Shown here: positions 1 to 12,600 of the stretch, piece after piece | Position numbering within the stretch: the stretch's first letter is position 1 | How the letters are laid out: each line of letters begins with the position of its first letter | Assembly (NCBI GenBank): GCA_963924565.1 | Contig: OZ004610.1 | Coordinates: forward strand, 7,006,001-7,070,000 | Direction: 5' to 3' | Origin: Ascidiella aspersa | Taxonomy: Eukaryota | Length of the DNA: 64,000 bases | Notes under the pieces: model-generated | Seen by the model: the letters and a program-made list of their open reading frames with translations, nothing else | Database searches by the model: none | What the model was told of the DNA's origin: nothing | Program-made: the position numbers and the translations under genes

Positions 1-550
1 GAAAAATCGGTCCAGAGTGGCAGCTTTTTTGCAAAGTTTATTAAGATTTTAATTAACTCTGGTTTATGGCCAAAATAACTCCAGAAACTGTAGGCAGTTG
101 GGGGCCATGGGTCTGGCATTGGCCGTTCTAGTGGGGGTCTGGCATTTGGCCGTTCTAGACGTTTGGGAGTCCTAATTTAAATGGCGCCATTAGTGCGCCG
201 CTGTTTTGGGCCTGTTTTGGGTTATGGGTGGGTAATAAATTAGGTTAGAAAATGGGTTATGGTTTAAATTATTAGGGGAGTTAGTGTTGTACTTATGAGT
301 GGGGTTTGGGGTTAGGTAAAGTGTTGTATAGGCCTGATTCTGACCTTGGTCTGAATTGGTCCAATTTTGATCTTATTCCGACATTGAGGTTTATTTCGAC
401 ATTAAGGTTGTTCTTATCTCGATGTTACGGCTGGAGTCCAAACACATGTTTGGAATTGGCATAAGTTTCTGAAAACTAAAAAGGGCGTTGCTAGAACAAA
501 AGACTTGAAACCACGGATCGAATAGATACACTTCCTAAAACACCAATCAC

Positions 551-669
551 CTGTTCCTGTACTCTGTCGACCTCAGTTCCTTGTGCATGGCCTCCAATCG
601 TTCCCTGGCAGTGTTCCAGTAATCAAGCAGCAGATTGTGGAAGATCTTCTGCTTCTCTTTGGAAATGAT
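551..669 (-). CDS. UPF2: UPF2 exon: IISKEKQKIFHNLL...ELRSTEYRNR
   Basis: ttttaag| acceptor, AG|gtgatt donor, 119 nt, phase 0/2. Confidence 0.92.
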
Positions 670-3600
670 CTTAAAATCGCAGTTGTAAACAGTTTTATAA
701 CGTCGGTTTAAAAATTAGAACCGATTGGCTTTTAAAGAAATTAATTCACCCGGAAAGCGAGATTTTTTATTCCTTTCTTCTTCCCCTTTTTTCGCGGCGA
801 CCCAATTAAACGTTTACGTAGAACAGCAAAGCATTGGTGACCAACTTATTTTCACTGGACGCTTTTAAAAGCGAACAAACATAACAAAATAGACAAATAA
901 GTTCGAATTTGGCGAATATTGGTCAGGTCTTCGTGTTGGTTGTGCAAAGAAACTTTGCAGAAATCTTGCTAACAATCAATCTTTCTAGAACTAACTATAT
1001 AAAGCTATTAGATTCGGCAACCCAGCCAAATTCTTAAGTTGCGACAAAATTTAGAGTCGCGAACTATGGTTTGAGAAGAACTGCCTTAATCAAACGAACG
1101 GTGTTAAAAAATATCATTTTTTGGCAGAAAAAATATCACGAAGGACTCTTCTAAAGAGCCCAAAGTGTTATACGTTTATTCAGCGAGTAAAGGTCTTTGC
1201 TGGGGGTTCAACGTGAAGGCAATAAAGTGTGCCGAAACAATAAAGCACCAACATTCAGTTTTACAATGATTTAACATCCGACTAAGAAATGATTGACCAA
1301 ATTTTGAGTCGCGACCAATGGGTGGAGAAAAACTGCCTTATAACCAAAGGTGTTAGAAAAACATTCATTTTGGTAAAAAATAATCGAGAGCACTGTTCTA
1401 AAGAGACCCAAGTGTTACACGTTTATTCAGCAAGTAAAGGTCTTAGCTAGGGGGTGAACACGAAGGCGATAAAATATCCCAAAACAGCACAGCACCCGTT
1501 CCATCATACCGCACGCTACTAATCGATTTTTTACACTTGTTTGGATCAGTGGGCGACGAATTCACGGCCAATTGACGAGCGGCGTATGCGTGAGAAGGAA
1601 CACCAAACAAAGGGTGGTGTTCCCGAGCTTGTTGTTTCTGCCTGTGACCGCACGACATACATTTTTGCGCGTGGATGCGGATTCGTTTTTTTTTGGGGGG
1701 GACAGCACAACCCCCTGTTCGGTGTGAAGGGTTTCACGGTCTTGGACTTGAAAGGCTGGGACCGGGACAAAAGGGAATAAAGCAAGAACACAGTTTACGA
1801 GCGACCTTTCGGGAAACGCGGTTTTAGTTTTGTTCAAAGACTTCAAAAATAAATCTCGAATCCACCGATGCGATTTTTTTCGTTACGCTTTTTTTAGGTT
1901 GTTTTTTACAGTAAATATTTTTTTACAAACTGCTTTGTCAACGTACGGGAAAATATCGTTGGAAATCCTTCAAGACCAGGGGCACATAAACTGGGGTTCG
2001 GGTAGCCCCAGTGGTACGAAAGAGGAATTGTGGGGGTAAGCGAACAAATTTCTCGTTATCGTACACGATTTTCAACAATAATCTACAGTAGTAGCCACAA
2101 TCGAATGTGAAAGTTGCTTGAAATAATTACAATTGTTCAGTCATTTATGTTCAGAAAATGGGCAAAGTTGTGTGAAAACTATCTTGCTCTTTCCATCTAC
2201 TAACTGTTATGAGCAAGGTTTCCATTTTTTTTCTTTCAGTTTCAACTTCACTTACAGTGTACATTTACAGATTTGAGCAACACCCATAGTAACTAGCAAT
2301 TTTTTTAAATGTAGAAACGGTTTAACAATTATAAGATATATTTTGGTGTTTTATCGCGTGTAGATTATACCGAATTCTAAACAGTCCTACACCACACATA
2401 CAGATTCATAGGAAGATTAAAAGAAAAAAATAGCGAAATACTACTGGTGTGTGAAAAAATCACACATCCAACCCATGAAACGAATCACAATCTGTCATAG
2501 AGTAGGGATGGTTCACCCTTTCACATCCCGCATACTTACAAGACCAACATCATGGGGTCAGGCGGATTCTCTTACCTCGCTTTTTGGCAGCTCCAAGCCG
2601 AACTTATCAACGAGGATTCTGTCAGAGTAAAAACAACAGCATTAGGAGGATTGCACAGCTGCAAAAGCAACACACAGCCTCGGCCTTGTATAGGGAAAGC
2701 AGTTCAGTGTGGGTTTTCAGACTTCACTCAGTTGTCTCTTGGGGTGTTTACGCAAAGGGTATTAACACGGGGTTAGCTGTGAAGATTTGAAAGCAGGCCA
2801 AAGCACACCTCTGAGATCAGTTATTTTCAGCCTGATTGAATAGGCTACCGAACAGTGTTTGTTTTTGTTAAACCACTTTTGCAGATCAACAGTATAGCAG
2901 CGCCGACATTTTTGGGAAAACTTTATGAAAAAAACGTAAAAGCGTGCATTTTAAAAATTGAGCAAAAAAAAGTGTTGTCGTATTTAACGCGTAGGATTTA
3001 ATTGCGTGCAAAAATATTTCTGTTGTGTTTTGCTTTGCACCGACGTCAAACTTATATAGCACACTGCATAAAGCAGGTGTCTATTTTTATTAGCCATTAA
3101 GATTCGACAAAACGGTTTCGAAATCCCTAATTGTCGAACTTTCAGGGGTGCTAAATCCACAAATGCATAAAGGCAATCTATATTTGTGTCGGAATTCCAG
3201 GAAATTTTAAGTAAAAGCACGCGGCGTAATTGAAACCACACAGTTTACTTTCGAGATGCGTACAATCGCGTTCTGGGCCGTGTCCAGACAAAACAAGATA
3301 TGGCGCCGTCAATCAAACGAGCGATCTGACAGTGTTCTGTTGACTTTACCGAGCAAAAGCCGCCAAAACGCGAGCTTGCTTGCCAAGATAGAGCCGGGAA
3401 CGACAGCTAGTGACAGCCCTCGTCGGTCACGCAAATTTCTTCTGGAACATTACGAAATTTTCGTTTTAAATTTTCGTGGACCCCCTTTTAAGGAATGTGC
3501 CATTTATTTACAATGTAAAAGGTCGCGTAACGGTAGAGTTATTGCAAATAAAAAGATGGTTACGAAAAAAGGGCGAAAATTGAATAAGGGACAATGAGTT

Positions 3601-6600
3601 TCTTCATATTAATTTACCAAAAGTTACACAAACCTTGGTTCTGAAAAGACAGGTTAAAGTGACACTTACATGGGACTCGGATTTAGCCAACGAAAATAAA
3701 TTCTTATTAACACAATTCAAAACAAGTAAAACAACTAACGTGGCCGTCTGATGTGCAACGCTTTAATTTTTCTATGCTGTTTATGTGCAAATTTTAAGGT
3801 TGGCGGCAGCCGAATCCGACAAATTTGCCAGGCTTTAAGCTTGGTTAAAATCTTTCCTCCGCGGCCTTCACACCGAACAGTAGATATCTGCGGTTATGCT
3901 GGCCACACAATAACGGATAATGTCATAAATATAAAACAAAATGCAAACTATTTAATTTGACAATAGTAAGCCCCTTAAATAATTCCATGAACGCCGGGCG
4001 AAATATCCATCTTAATGCCAGTGAGAAACTGGCTCTTTTTCTTAAATTAGATTTTATAGAGAAGACGTCATCAACGAAATGCATAAATCACCGTATGCGT
4101 TACTTGAAAACGGTATCTTTCCATTAAATGTTATATCTTTTTTACACTGCTAAGCAAAATACATGCATTGCATAATATATTTGATGAAATTCGTGTATCA
4201 AGCCATATGCGATCATCTAATAGAACAAGAGCTGCTGCTCGGTTTACATGCAGAAGTTAGAAGACTTTAACCCGGCTTGAAACCATTCAAAGTAAATAAC
4301 AAATGCCGGAGAAAAAAACACGAAAACGCGTTTTTATAAAAACGGAGGCTGGCGCTTTACGAAGTGGTCGTGTATGCAGAATTAATTATAGCAGCAGAAG
4401 ACTGTTTGCGTCTAGCTGTGGTTAACCGTCTGGCATGGGGTTCCGATTGGCGCGTCGGCTGTGGGCAAAACTGATTGGCACCGACTGATAACTCCCGCCC
4501 GCGTGTGGCCGTTTTCGTATTTGCGCTTGGAGTAAGCGGGCGGTGTAGACCTGATTGCACTGAGCAGAAATGCCATCTGCTCGTATAGGCATTATGTACC
4601 AAGTTTGGTAACATGCTGCAAGCACATAACTTGGCCATCGTAATACACTGGGATACCATCACGTTCTATTTTTACCTTAGTCTTACCATTGTATAACTAC
4701 TAACTAGCATAACGTTTCACATATGTAGGGGCGATATACCTATAATCCATTTGATCTTGTTTAATCTACATTTGAGAACCGAAACTCGTAAACGTACAGG
4801 CAGCCGTCAAATTAAAGAAATCGCTTCATTATTTGTATTTCGACTCGAACCACACAAAAAATACTTGGCCTGGGTGCACCCTAAATGGCGAAATATAAAA
4901 CAAAAGTAACGAAAGATTCCATTAACACTTAGGGTTCACAGCCGTTTAGTGTCTATGAAAAAAGGCCAAGAACGATGAAAAATGATAATAAATTGTCTAA
5001 AACTAATTTATAAAACTACTTAACATTTCTAACAGGTACACCGAAGGCACCCAACTGAAAAACTCAATGAGTTAGCTCCACCATGCAACATATTAATAGA
5101 TAGAATTCGCTCTTCTGGTGTAAGCGAAGTATAAACCGACGTTTCGGCAGCAGATACCAAGCTGACCTCTTAACGGTTAACCGAGCGATTTCTATCTATT
5201 TAAAAAGTTAATGTTCAAGCTAAATTTCGGTCAGAATTGCCAAAAAAAGATACACGGCATTCGGCGGGATTCGAACCACCGACCTTCAGAACCGCGTACC
5301 TGTTCTTGCGCGGCACCAGGCCGGCCAGGTCCTCGCCGTTGTGCTTGCAAAAGCTGATGATGAGGGAGAAGACCTCTTGCCTGTCTCGCTCGCAGCTCAG
5401 GATGGCACACAGCTGGTTGTGGATTAGGGTAAGTCCCTCCTTGTCGCTGAGGATGCCGCACACAGTCAGCTGTACGACAAAAATTTGTGAATGAAAATAG
5501 TGCTGGACAAGTGGTACATACAGATAGCGATCCTTAAGCGTTTTCATAGGTTCGTTTTCGGTTGGACAAACGTAAAGGAAATTTAGCTTGGAATTTGAAA
5601 GTTAAGGATTGAAAAAAATTAATGAAAAAAATTGTTGTACTACCGCACTTTCTGGACAAATACCTCAAGCCACACACAAAATAAATGCAAAGATTAAAAA
5701 GTAGGGTTTTTAAGACTTTTTAATACGCAAATCAATTCAAAGACATCCAACTAATTTACAATTACTTAAGGACTCTGTTGCAACCATGTGAACAGCCAAA
5801 GCGCGGTAGACTGTAAACATCGGTCCCAGGGGGGGGGTGAGACAGACATACGCGCGTCACACATCAGGACAAACAGACAACAAACAAGTTTAATCAGAAT
5901 CGTGTACGACCAAATACGAGGAGTCGTGCCGTGAGACGTTGGGTGGTATAAAGACCGCCCTCCCGCCTGGAGCAGACTTGGACAAATAGATTTATTTTAG
6001 TTTTTTAAAATTAGATTAGAATTAAAATTAGAGCATTTTAGTTTTTCTAAATTAGATTAGAATTAGAATTAGATTGTTTTGAGTTTTTCAAATTATATTA
6101 GAATTAGAATTATCGAATTCCCAAAAAAACATATTTCAACTAGAATTTGAACTAGAATCACATTTAGTTTTTACAACCAATTTAATTTAATCGCAAAGTA
6201 TTCTTATAAGAATGTGAATGGTAAATATGTGTGTGCTAATTTTTAAGCCTTTTTATGCTTTTTAGACTGTAAAAATTACACACAAGTCGTACCAACCAAA
6301 AAGTTTTAATTGAAATTCTGTGTTTCAACTGAGTGACTAAAAATGCCGTTGGACAAAGTAGCAGTTTTGGAAAAATCCGAATTAGATTAGAACTAGAATT
6401 AGAGCACACAGGCAATTCATAAATTAGATTAGAATTAGAATTAGCCGCATTTTGCTCTAATTCAATGAATTAAAAAACTAGAATTATCTAGTTGTCCAAG
6501 TCTGGCCTGGAGTTAAGGCTGCTTTTCAGTTATCCTCCTACCCAGGCGCTATACTTGTGTAGAGGAATGTTGGCGTCTGGCGCGCGTGAGAAGCCTTTCA

Positions 6601-9600
6601 ATACGCAAGTCAATTTAAAGACATCCAAATACTTTAAAACATGTAAAGACTTCCCTGTGAACAGCTAAACCGCAGAAGACCGCGAACGCATCGGCCCAGG
6701 GAGGGCGAGACAGACATACGCGCGTCACACACCAGGACAAACAAGCAACAAAATAGTTTAATCAGAATCGTGTACGGCCAAATACAAGAGGTCGTGCCTT
6801 GGGACATTGGATGGTGTGAAGACCTCCTATACCTCCCGCCTGGAGTTGCTAGTGTTGCTTTCCAGTCAGAGGCCAGCCTCCTTTACAGGCGCTATACTTG
6901 TGTACAGGAATGTTAGCGTCTGGCGAGCGCTAATCTAATTTCCTGTGGCTGTCGGAGCACGCCGACATCGCAGACCCGGGAATCGAGTTTAACACGCGCT
7001 TCTTTTTGGGTTTTTACAGATAAACGTGTACGGCAGTCATGATTGCGCCGCCCGCTCACGACTATAACTTGAATATTCGCGGGAGGATGAATTCGAAATA
7101 TTGTGTCGCATTCCAGCCATTTCGTTTTTTTTTTATCTATTTAGCTATGCACATTTTGAAGCTTTCTTTTTAACGGAGACGGCTTGCTGGGACTTGATTC
7201 AACGCCCAAACTTTTTTTCTTGTTTTTTCACACATTTCTTTTTTTCGGGCGGGAGGGGCTAAATTGAACGACCAAGATTTTATTTTTTCGTTTTTCACAC
7301 ATTTTTTGATAGGGGAGAGGGTTCAAATTCAACGCTAAAAAGGGTTTAAAAGGCTCCGGTGTTTATAACTTACAATTTTAAGGCGACGGGTAGAAATAAA
7401 GCTTTGTTTTACATGCCAATCGAAAATTGTCGATGATAGAAACTCCCCCTAAACACATAAAATCAAAATTTCAAGAACTGCACAGTCGAACAGATACCGT
7501 TCAACCAAAAGAAAAACTTCTATAAAATTGATTTCAGACAACCTTTGCGCGTATTTGAAGTCAAAGAGCCCAACCTGAAGATTTCCTCGGGCCAGTCACG
7601 TTGAAAGTGTGACGAACATGGAAGTAATCCTCGTCAAAAAGAAACGCATTTGTTTCCATTACTGAGACCCAAACCTCTGACACTGTCGACAGGTTAGAGC
7701 AACAGGGAAAAACCACACGTGGGGCCACTTGCAATGCATTAAGAAGCGTCGGAAAAGCGACCAACCGCAAACGGCGCCGTCTAACGCGCATTAAGCGCCG
7801 CACAATGGCGTCGAGTTACATCTGCTCACACCTGCACTGTAGAGCCCAAACAACGGGCACATTCTGTTGTGTGGTCTATGTGGGCGCATCATGCGGTTGG
7901 GACGAGTTGCTTAAAGGGCAAATCAAATAAACCACAGTCAGTGAGTTATTTTTTGTTTAACCTTCAACAAGCGACTGAGTGTTGTCTTTTTCGCGGTTTA
8001 GTTTTCATCGCCTAAATACTTGGCAATAACAAAGCAAATAGAAAATAAAGCAAAATTACGACAGTCAAAATTACTGGTAGAAATAAAGCAAATTACGACA
8101 GTCAAAATTACTGGTGAATAGTTTGTTTTATAAACATCCACTGCGGACTAACCGCAGGTTTTACCCTGCTGTATGTTGTTGGAATTTTGATATTTTGCTC
8201 CGAAGTAATGGTAAACCATAGGGTGCGTTTTCAATAGCCGCTTTAGAAAGGAAATTAGCAAAAAAACAAGCCATTTAATCATATTTTTGTTAGCCTAACA
8301 TATAATTGTTTTCGCTTGTAAATTGAGGATTCAAAATATGCTCTATACTTTGCTGCTGGTAAAACGAAATCGAAAAATTATCAGACACTTTTAAAAGCAG
8401 AATTTTCCAAATAAAGAATAATTGATTTCGAAAACATGTAGCATTCGAAGCATTTGGGATAACCGAAAAAATCTAACAAATAATGATACTTTACACAAAG
8501 CTGCGGCGTGCCAGCGTATGGCATATAAACCGGTGAAACGAACCTCGTTAAAACAACTACCACCAGAGGTGCTAAAGTGTCGGAAATCAATAGGGTAAAA
8601 AACGTTGATGAGAAACACGCTTTTAACTAGCAAACGAACAACTCGGTCTCCTGGGCATTCTAAACCGTGAAGCACACGAACTCGGGTGTGTGGCCTTATG
8701 AGGAGTTTGTTTGCTGATTTGCTAAGTCAAGACGCATGACATTGCCAATCCAATCGAACTGTTCAATATCTGTGGTAAGATTCACACCGTCCAAAAATAA
8801 GTACGAACCTCAAAGTAATGGTAAGGATTTACTTTTTAGCAGGCCAAGTCAAGTGTCTAGTGCAGTGGTTCTCAGCCGGGGTGCCGCGGCGCCCTGGTGT
8901 GCAATTTCTAATGCTCTAGGTAGGGTGTCGAGGGTATTTGAGAAGATTTAAGAATCTAAAATTTGCTCAATTGGTAAGCTTCTTGATACAACTAGTGTAC
9001 GATTAGAGAACATTATATCAAATGACATTTTCCTACATGTTTTAAGTTGATTGTGTTGTTCCAGTTCCATTTATAATGACATTTCAGTAAAACAATCAAC
9101 GAAAATTCTAGTCGGGGTGCTGAAAATCTATTTATTATTTTTGAGGGGTTCCGTAAGCTCTGAAAGGATAAGAATTACTGGTCTAGTGAAAACTACTTGA
9201 TCACCTGCAAACTCTAACGCGACATTTTAACTATATACCTAGACCTAGACGGGCTTATCGAAAGTACACGTGTCCGGAGTTTTGTAGTTAGGTAAACCAC
9301 AATCTTGTTTAACGTTGTTTTTAACAACGCTTATGAAGTTCGAATAGGTGGTCGTTTCCGCATTGCCGAACCGCGAAAATACTAGACTTTATGAGCATGT
9401 TCAAACAAATATCGTGTTACGGTCGCTGTGTATCACTTGATACAGACAAATCCGTTTTGTTTGTATTTGCTTGCGTTCAAAAAAATAAATAAATTACCAA
9501 AAAAACTTAGCGTCTAGCGCTAGGCCATCTAAGAGCAGCAGTCCACATCGCTAACAGATTTCAAAAATAGGGAAAACAAACAACCCACTTGGGTAAATTT

Positions 9601-12600
9601 TTCGAAATGTGCCAATATATTCTCAAAATTTTTTATAAGGCCCGAAAGTTTGTCGGTAGGGCTACGGCAGGTGTCGACACTCGCAGGATCAAAATACTTC
9701 ATGTTGCTCGAATGCGCAGTTTTTAATCCGCACTGTAATATTTTTGGCGTAATTGCTGGATTGCTAAAGTCAACACAGGGTTTGTGTGAAAATTTCAGCT
9801 TATTAGCGGCACAACTTTCGGAGATATTGCCCAAAAACAATCTCGGCACGCCAAGTTCGCCCAGGTCTGTTAGGCCATCTAAAGAAGGCATCGCATGGCT
9901 CGAAATTACCGCCGATGCTGCAAATGGTTGAATTTCGATTCCTGCGGTAGGGGAAGGCGGTTGAGCCTATTATGTCAGCAACGCCGGCAACATGGCATCG
10001 ACATTGTTATGGCCTTGCGTCATCACCGAGACCAGTCGACAAGGCAGCGCGAAAAAGGCAAAGTGATGGCGTTGGTATTATCACAACGACGACCTATAGT
10101 AGCAACCAAACTGCATGGGATAAAGCACACGCAAAGACGGTTTAAAATCCCAGCTTTTTTAGCTGAAATACGGTTTTCAGTAAACTCTAGGACCAAAGTC
10201 GGGACAAATTGTGACTAAGACAGTTAGTTCTACATTGCTTTGCAATTGAATTTTTCTGCAAACGTTAGCTGCAGAGTGTTGAGCATAGTTAGTTAGTATA
10301 TTAGTTAAAAAGGTAACAAATAGCGGAGGCTTCTAAAAAGTAGTTTAGCTTTTCCCAATTTCGAGAAAATGCACTTGTTGTGAAAGTCTTACAGTAAGCC
10401 ACAGTAAAACTCGATTCTATTTAGGATTGAAATTTGTTCCACGTCCGACTCGATTCAAGCATTCTCTATCACAGATTTCGTTCTAGTTTTACATTTTTAA
10501 GGTTCATTACTTTAAAAAAAACGGTCGTTTGCAAAAAGACAAAATTTTATAGAATTTTTTTCTTTTAAATTTTCCCATTAGTTTGAGATAAAAAATACCC
10601 TACGATAGCTACATTTTAAAAGTTAATTGCTGACAATATAAACTGCCTTTTTACAGCAACAAATGTGCCCAATTATCGAAGAACATCATTCATTTGAAAT
10701 TGCCTAATTGCCTTATTGCTCAGTCGAACGCTGACTTGACAGAATAACAATTTGCTTCCAGTGCAAAAACCCTAACCAGAATGAAACCAACGCCCGATGA
10801 AAGGTTTCCAATTCGTCGTGATTAAGCGTTGAACGTTATTGATGGAAAACTGGAGCAATTTGTCAAGCGGGAAAACGCTGCTGAAAGCGCAAAATCAGCC
10901 CATCGTTATGCAAAAAACTGCTGGCATGCGACAAAAATATTAAACTCCCTCCGCCCTTCATACATTTGTAATTGACGGTCACAACGCAACGAACAGAATT
11001 GCAAATTGACCTTTTTTCAATTTTTGACATTCCGAATTTACCGTCCATACAGTTTGGAAAGCGTATACTGTTTAGCAGGGCAGAACAGACTCACCGTAAC
11101 AAAGTTTACGGCCAAAAGTATTTAACCAATTAATTAAAGGAAATGGATATTTGCCCGAATCGCCTATGTCACGAATGTTCTGCAATTGTGTTCTGATTTT
11201 TCGCCCAGCGTTCATAGTTCATAAAATATTGCTTCATTTTTAAGTTGGGATTTGGGTTAACGTGATGTCAGGAATATTATTAATAAATTTAAATTCCCCA
11301 TTGTTACAATATTTATACGATTGATTCCCTTATCTGTTCAAATTATTTTGTTAGTCCGGGACGCATTAACTTATTGGTGATTATGTATTGAATAAATGTG
11401 ATTTGTCAACCAGGTTTGCCAATCAAACCCTTTTTCAAAACTTATTTGTTAAGTTGGCCTCTCGTTGAGGGGAGACAAGTTTACGGTGTCGGCGATAATT
11501 GTGTCCATGTCAACGTGGTCTATTTACGAGGTACTATTGGTTCGTTTTTTCAGCAAAAAACGCATTTTCCCCCTGATTGTTTCGCGTGGCCGTTCAATAG
11601 CATCTGCCCAAAATTTAGCTTTTTAATTTTGGCAAATCTATGAAAAAGGTCGCATGTTGCATAGGTATTGTCAATATTATTTGCCCAAATTTTCGTTTAC
11701 TTTCCAATTTTCGCAACTCTATGAAAAAGGTGCCGGTTGCATTGTCAGGTGGACTTAAAAAAAATAACTGCGTCTCTCGGTGACCATAATTCTCGCCAGT
11801 AGAGCGTATAGCGAGAGTTATACTGGTGAAAGCCCGAAGGCCAGATGAACAACAAGTCACCATACGTTACACGAAGACAAACGGCGAAAACAATAGCGTC
11901 CCTGTGTGTGCGCTCTCGCCATTTCTGTTTGTCCTTGTACCGAAGACCGTCGCCCGGCTTTAACCCTTTTGTGGCTCGAAATTCGTGTGACTTGAGGATG
12001 TGACAACTGACAAAGCGTGGGCACGAAATTCACGGGTGTTGTAGAACTTGTAGGTTGTGCAGATCACATCAGAAAAATAAACGCGACACACGCTTTGGGA
12101 AACAAACAGATTCCAATAAAAGCGGATTTTTTAATGAGAAAACTTGGAATTACAGACATGGAACTTCAAAGAAACAGTATTTCGATCTTCAGGAAATTTA
12201 CCTGCAAAGCGCAGCACTTAAAATGGCAACAAATTGTTAAAACGCCGCAACAGTTTACAACTGAGTGCCTAATGAACTAAGTAAAACACCAGGCGGATAC
12301 ATTTTGGCCCAAATGTCTTGATATCTGTAATGAAGACATTCACATGCTTTGCCTTTTTTTGTTTAATGCGATGTGTTGCAGTACCCTACTCACGTTAGAC
12401 AGAAAGCTACGTGTTTGTGTTAGTATGACTGTCTTTTTTCGAAATAAAATGCTTTTAGGTTAATTCGGGGGCCCCATATATACGGGCTTATCCCGGCTAT
12501 ACTGTTTATTTGCCAAATAAAATGTCGTCGTCAGTTTTAAGAACAACAAAAAGCACTGAAATTTACGCGAAGGCGATTTCAAACTTAAGCAACCCTATTG

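Noticed and set aside
200-330. Telomere-like GGGTTA motifs
   Set aside because: Scattered and non-tandem; a G/T-skewed stretch only.
5251-5297. tRNA gene
   Set aside because: Only a B-box; no cloverleaf, and the 5' half would overlap the UPF2 exon.
12197-12209. Recursive splice site in UPF2 giant intron (ctttgcag|gtaaat on minus strand)
   Set aside because: Short pyrimidine tract; such matches are expected by chance in 55 kb without nascent-RNA data.
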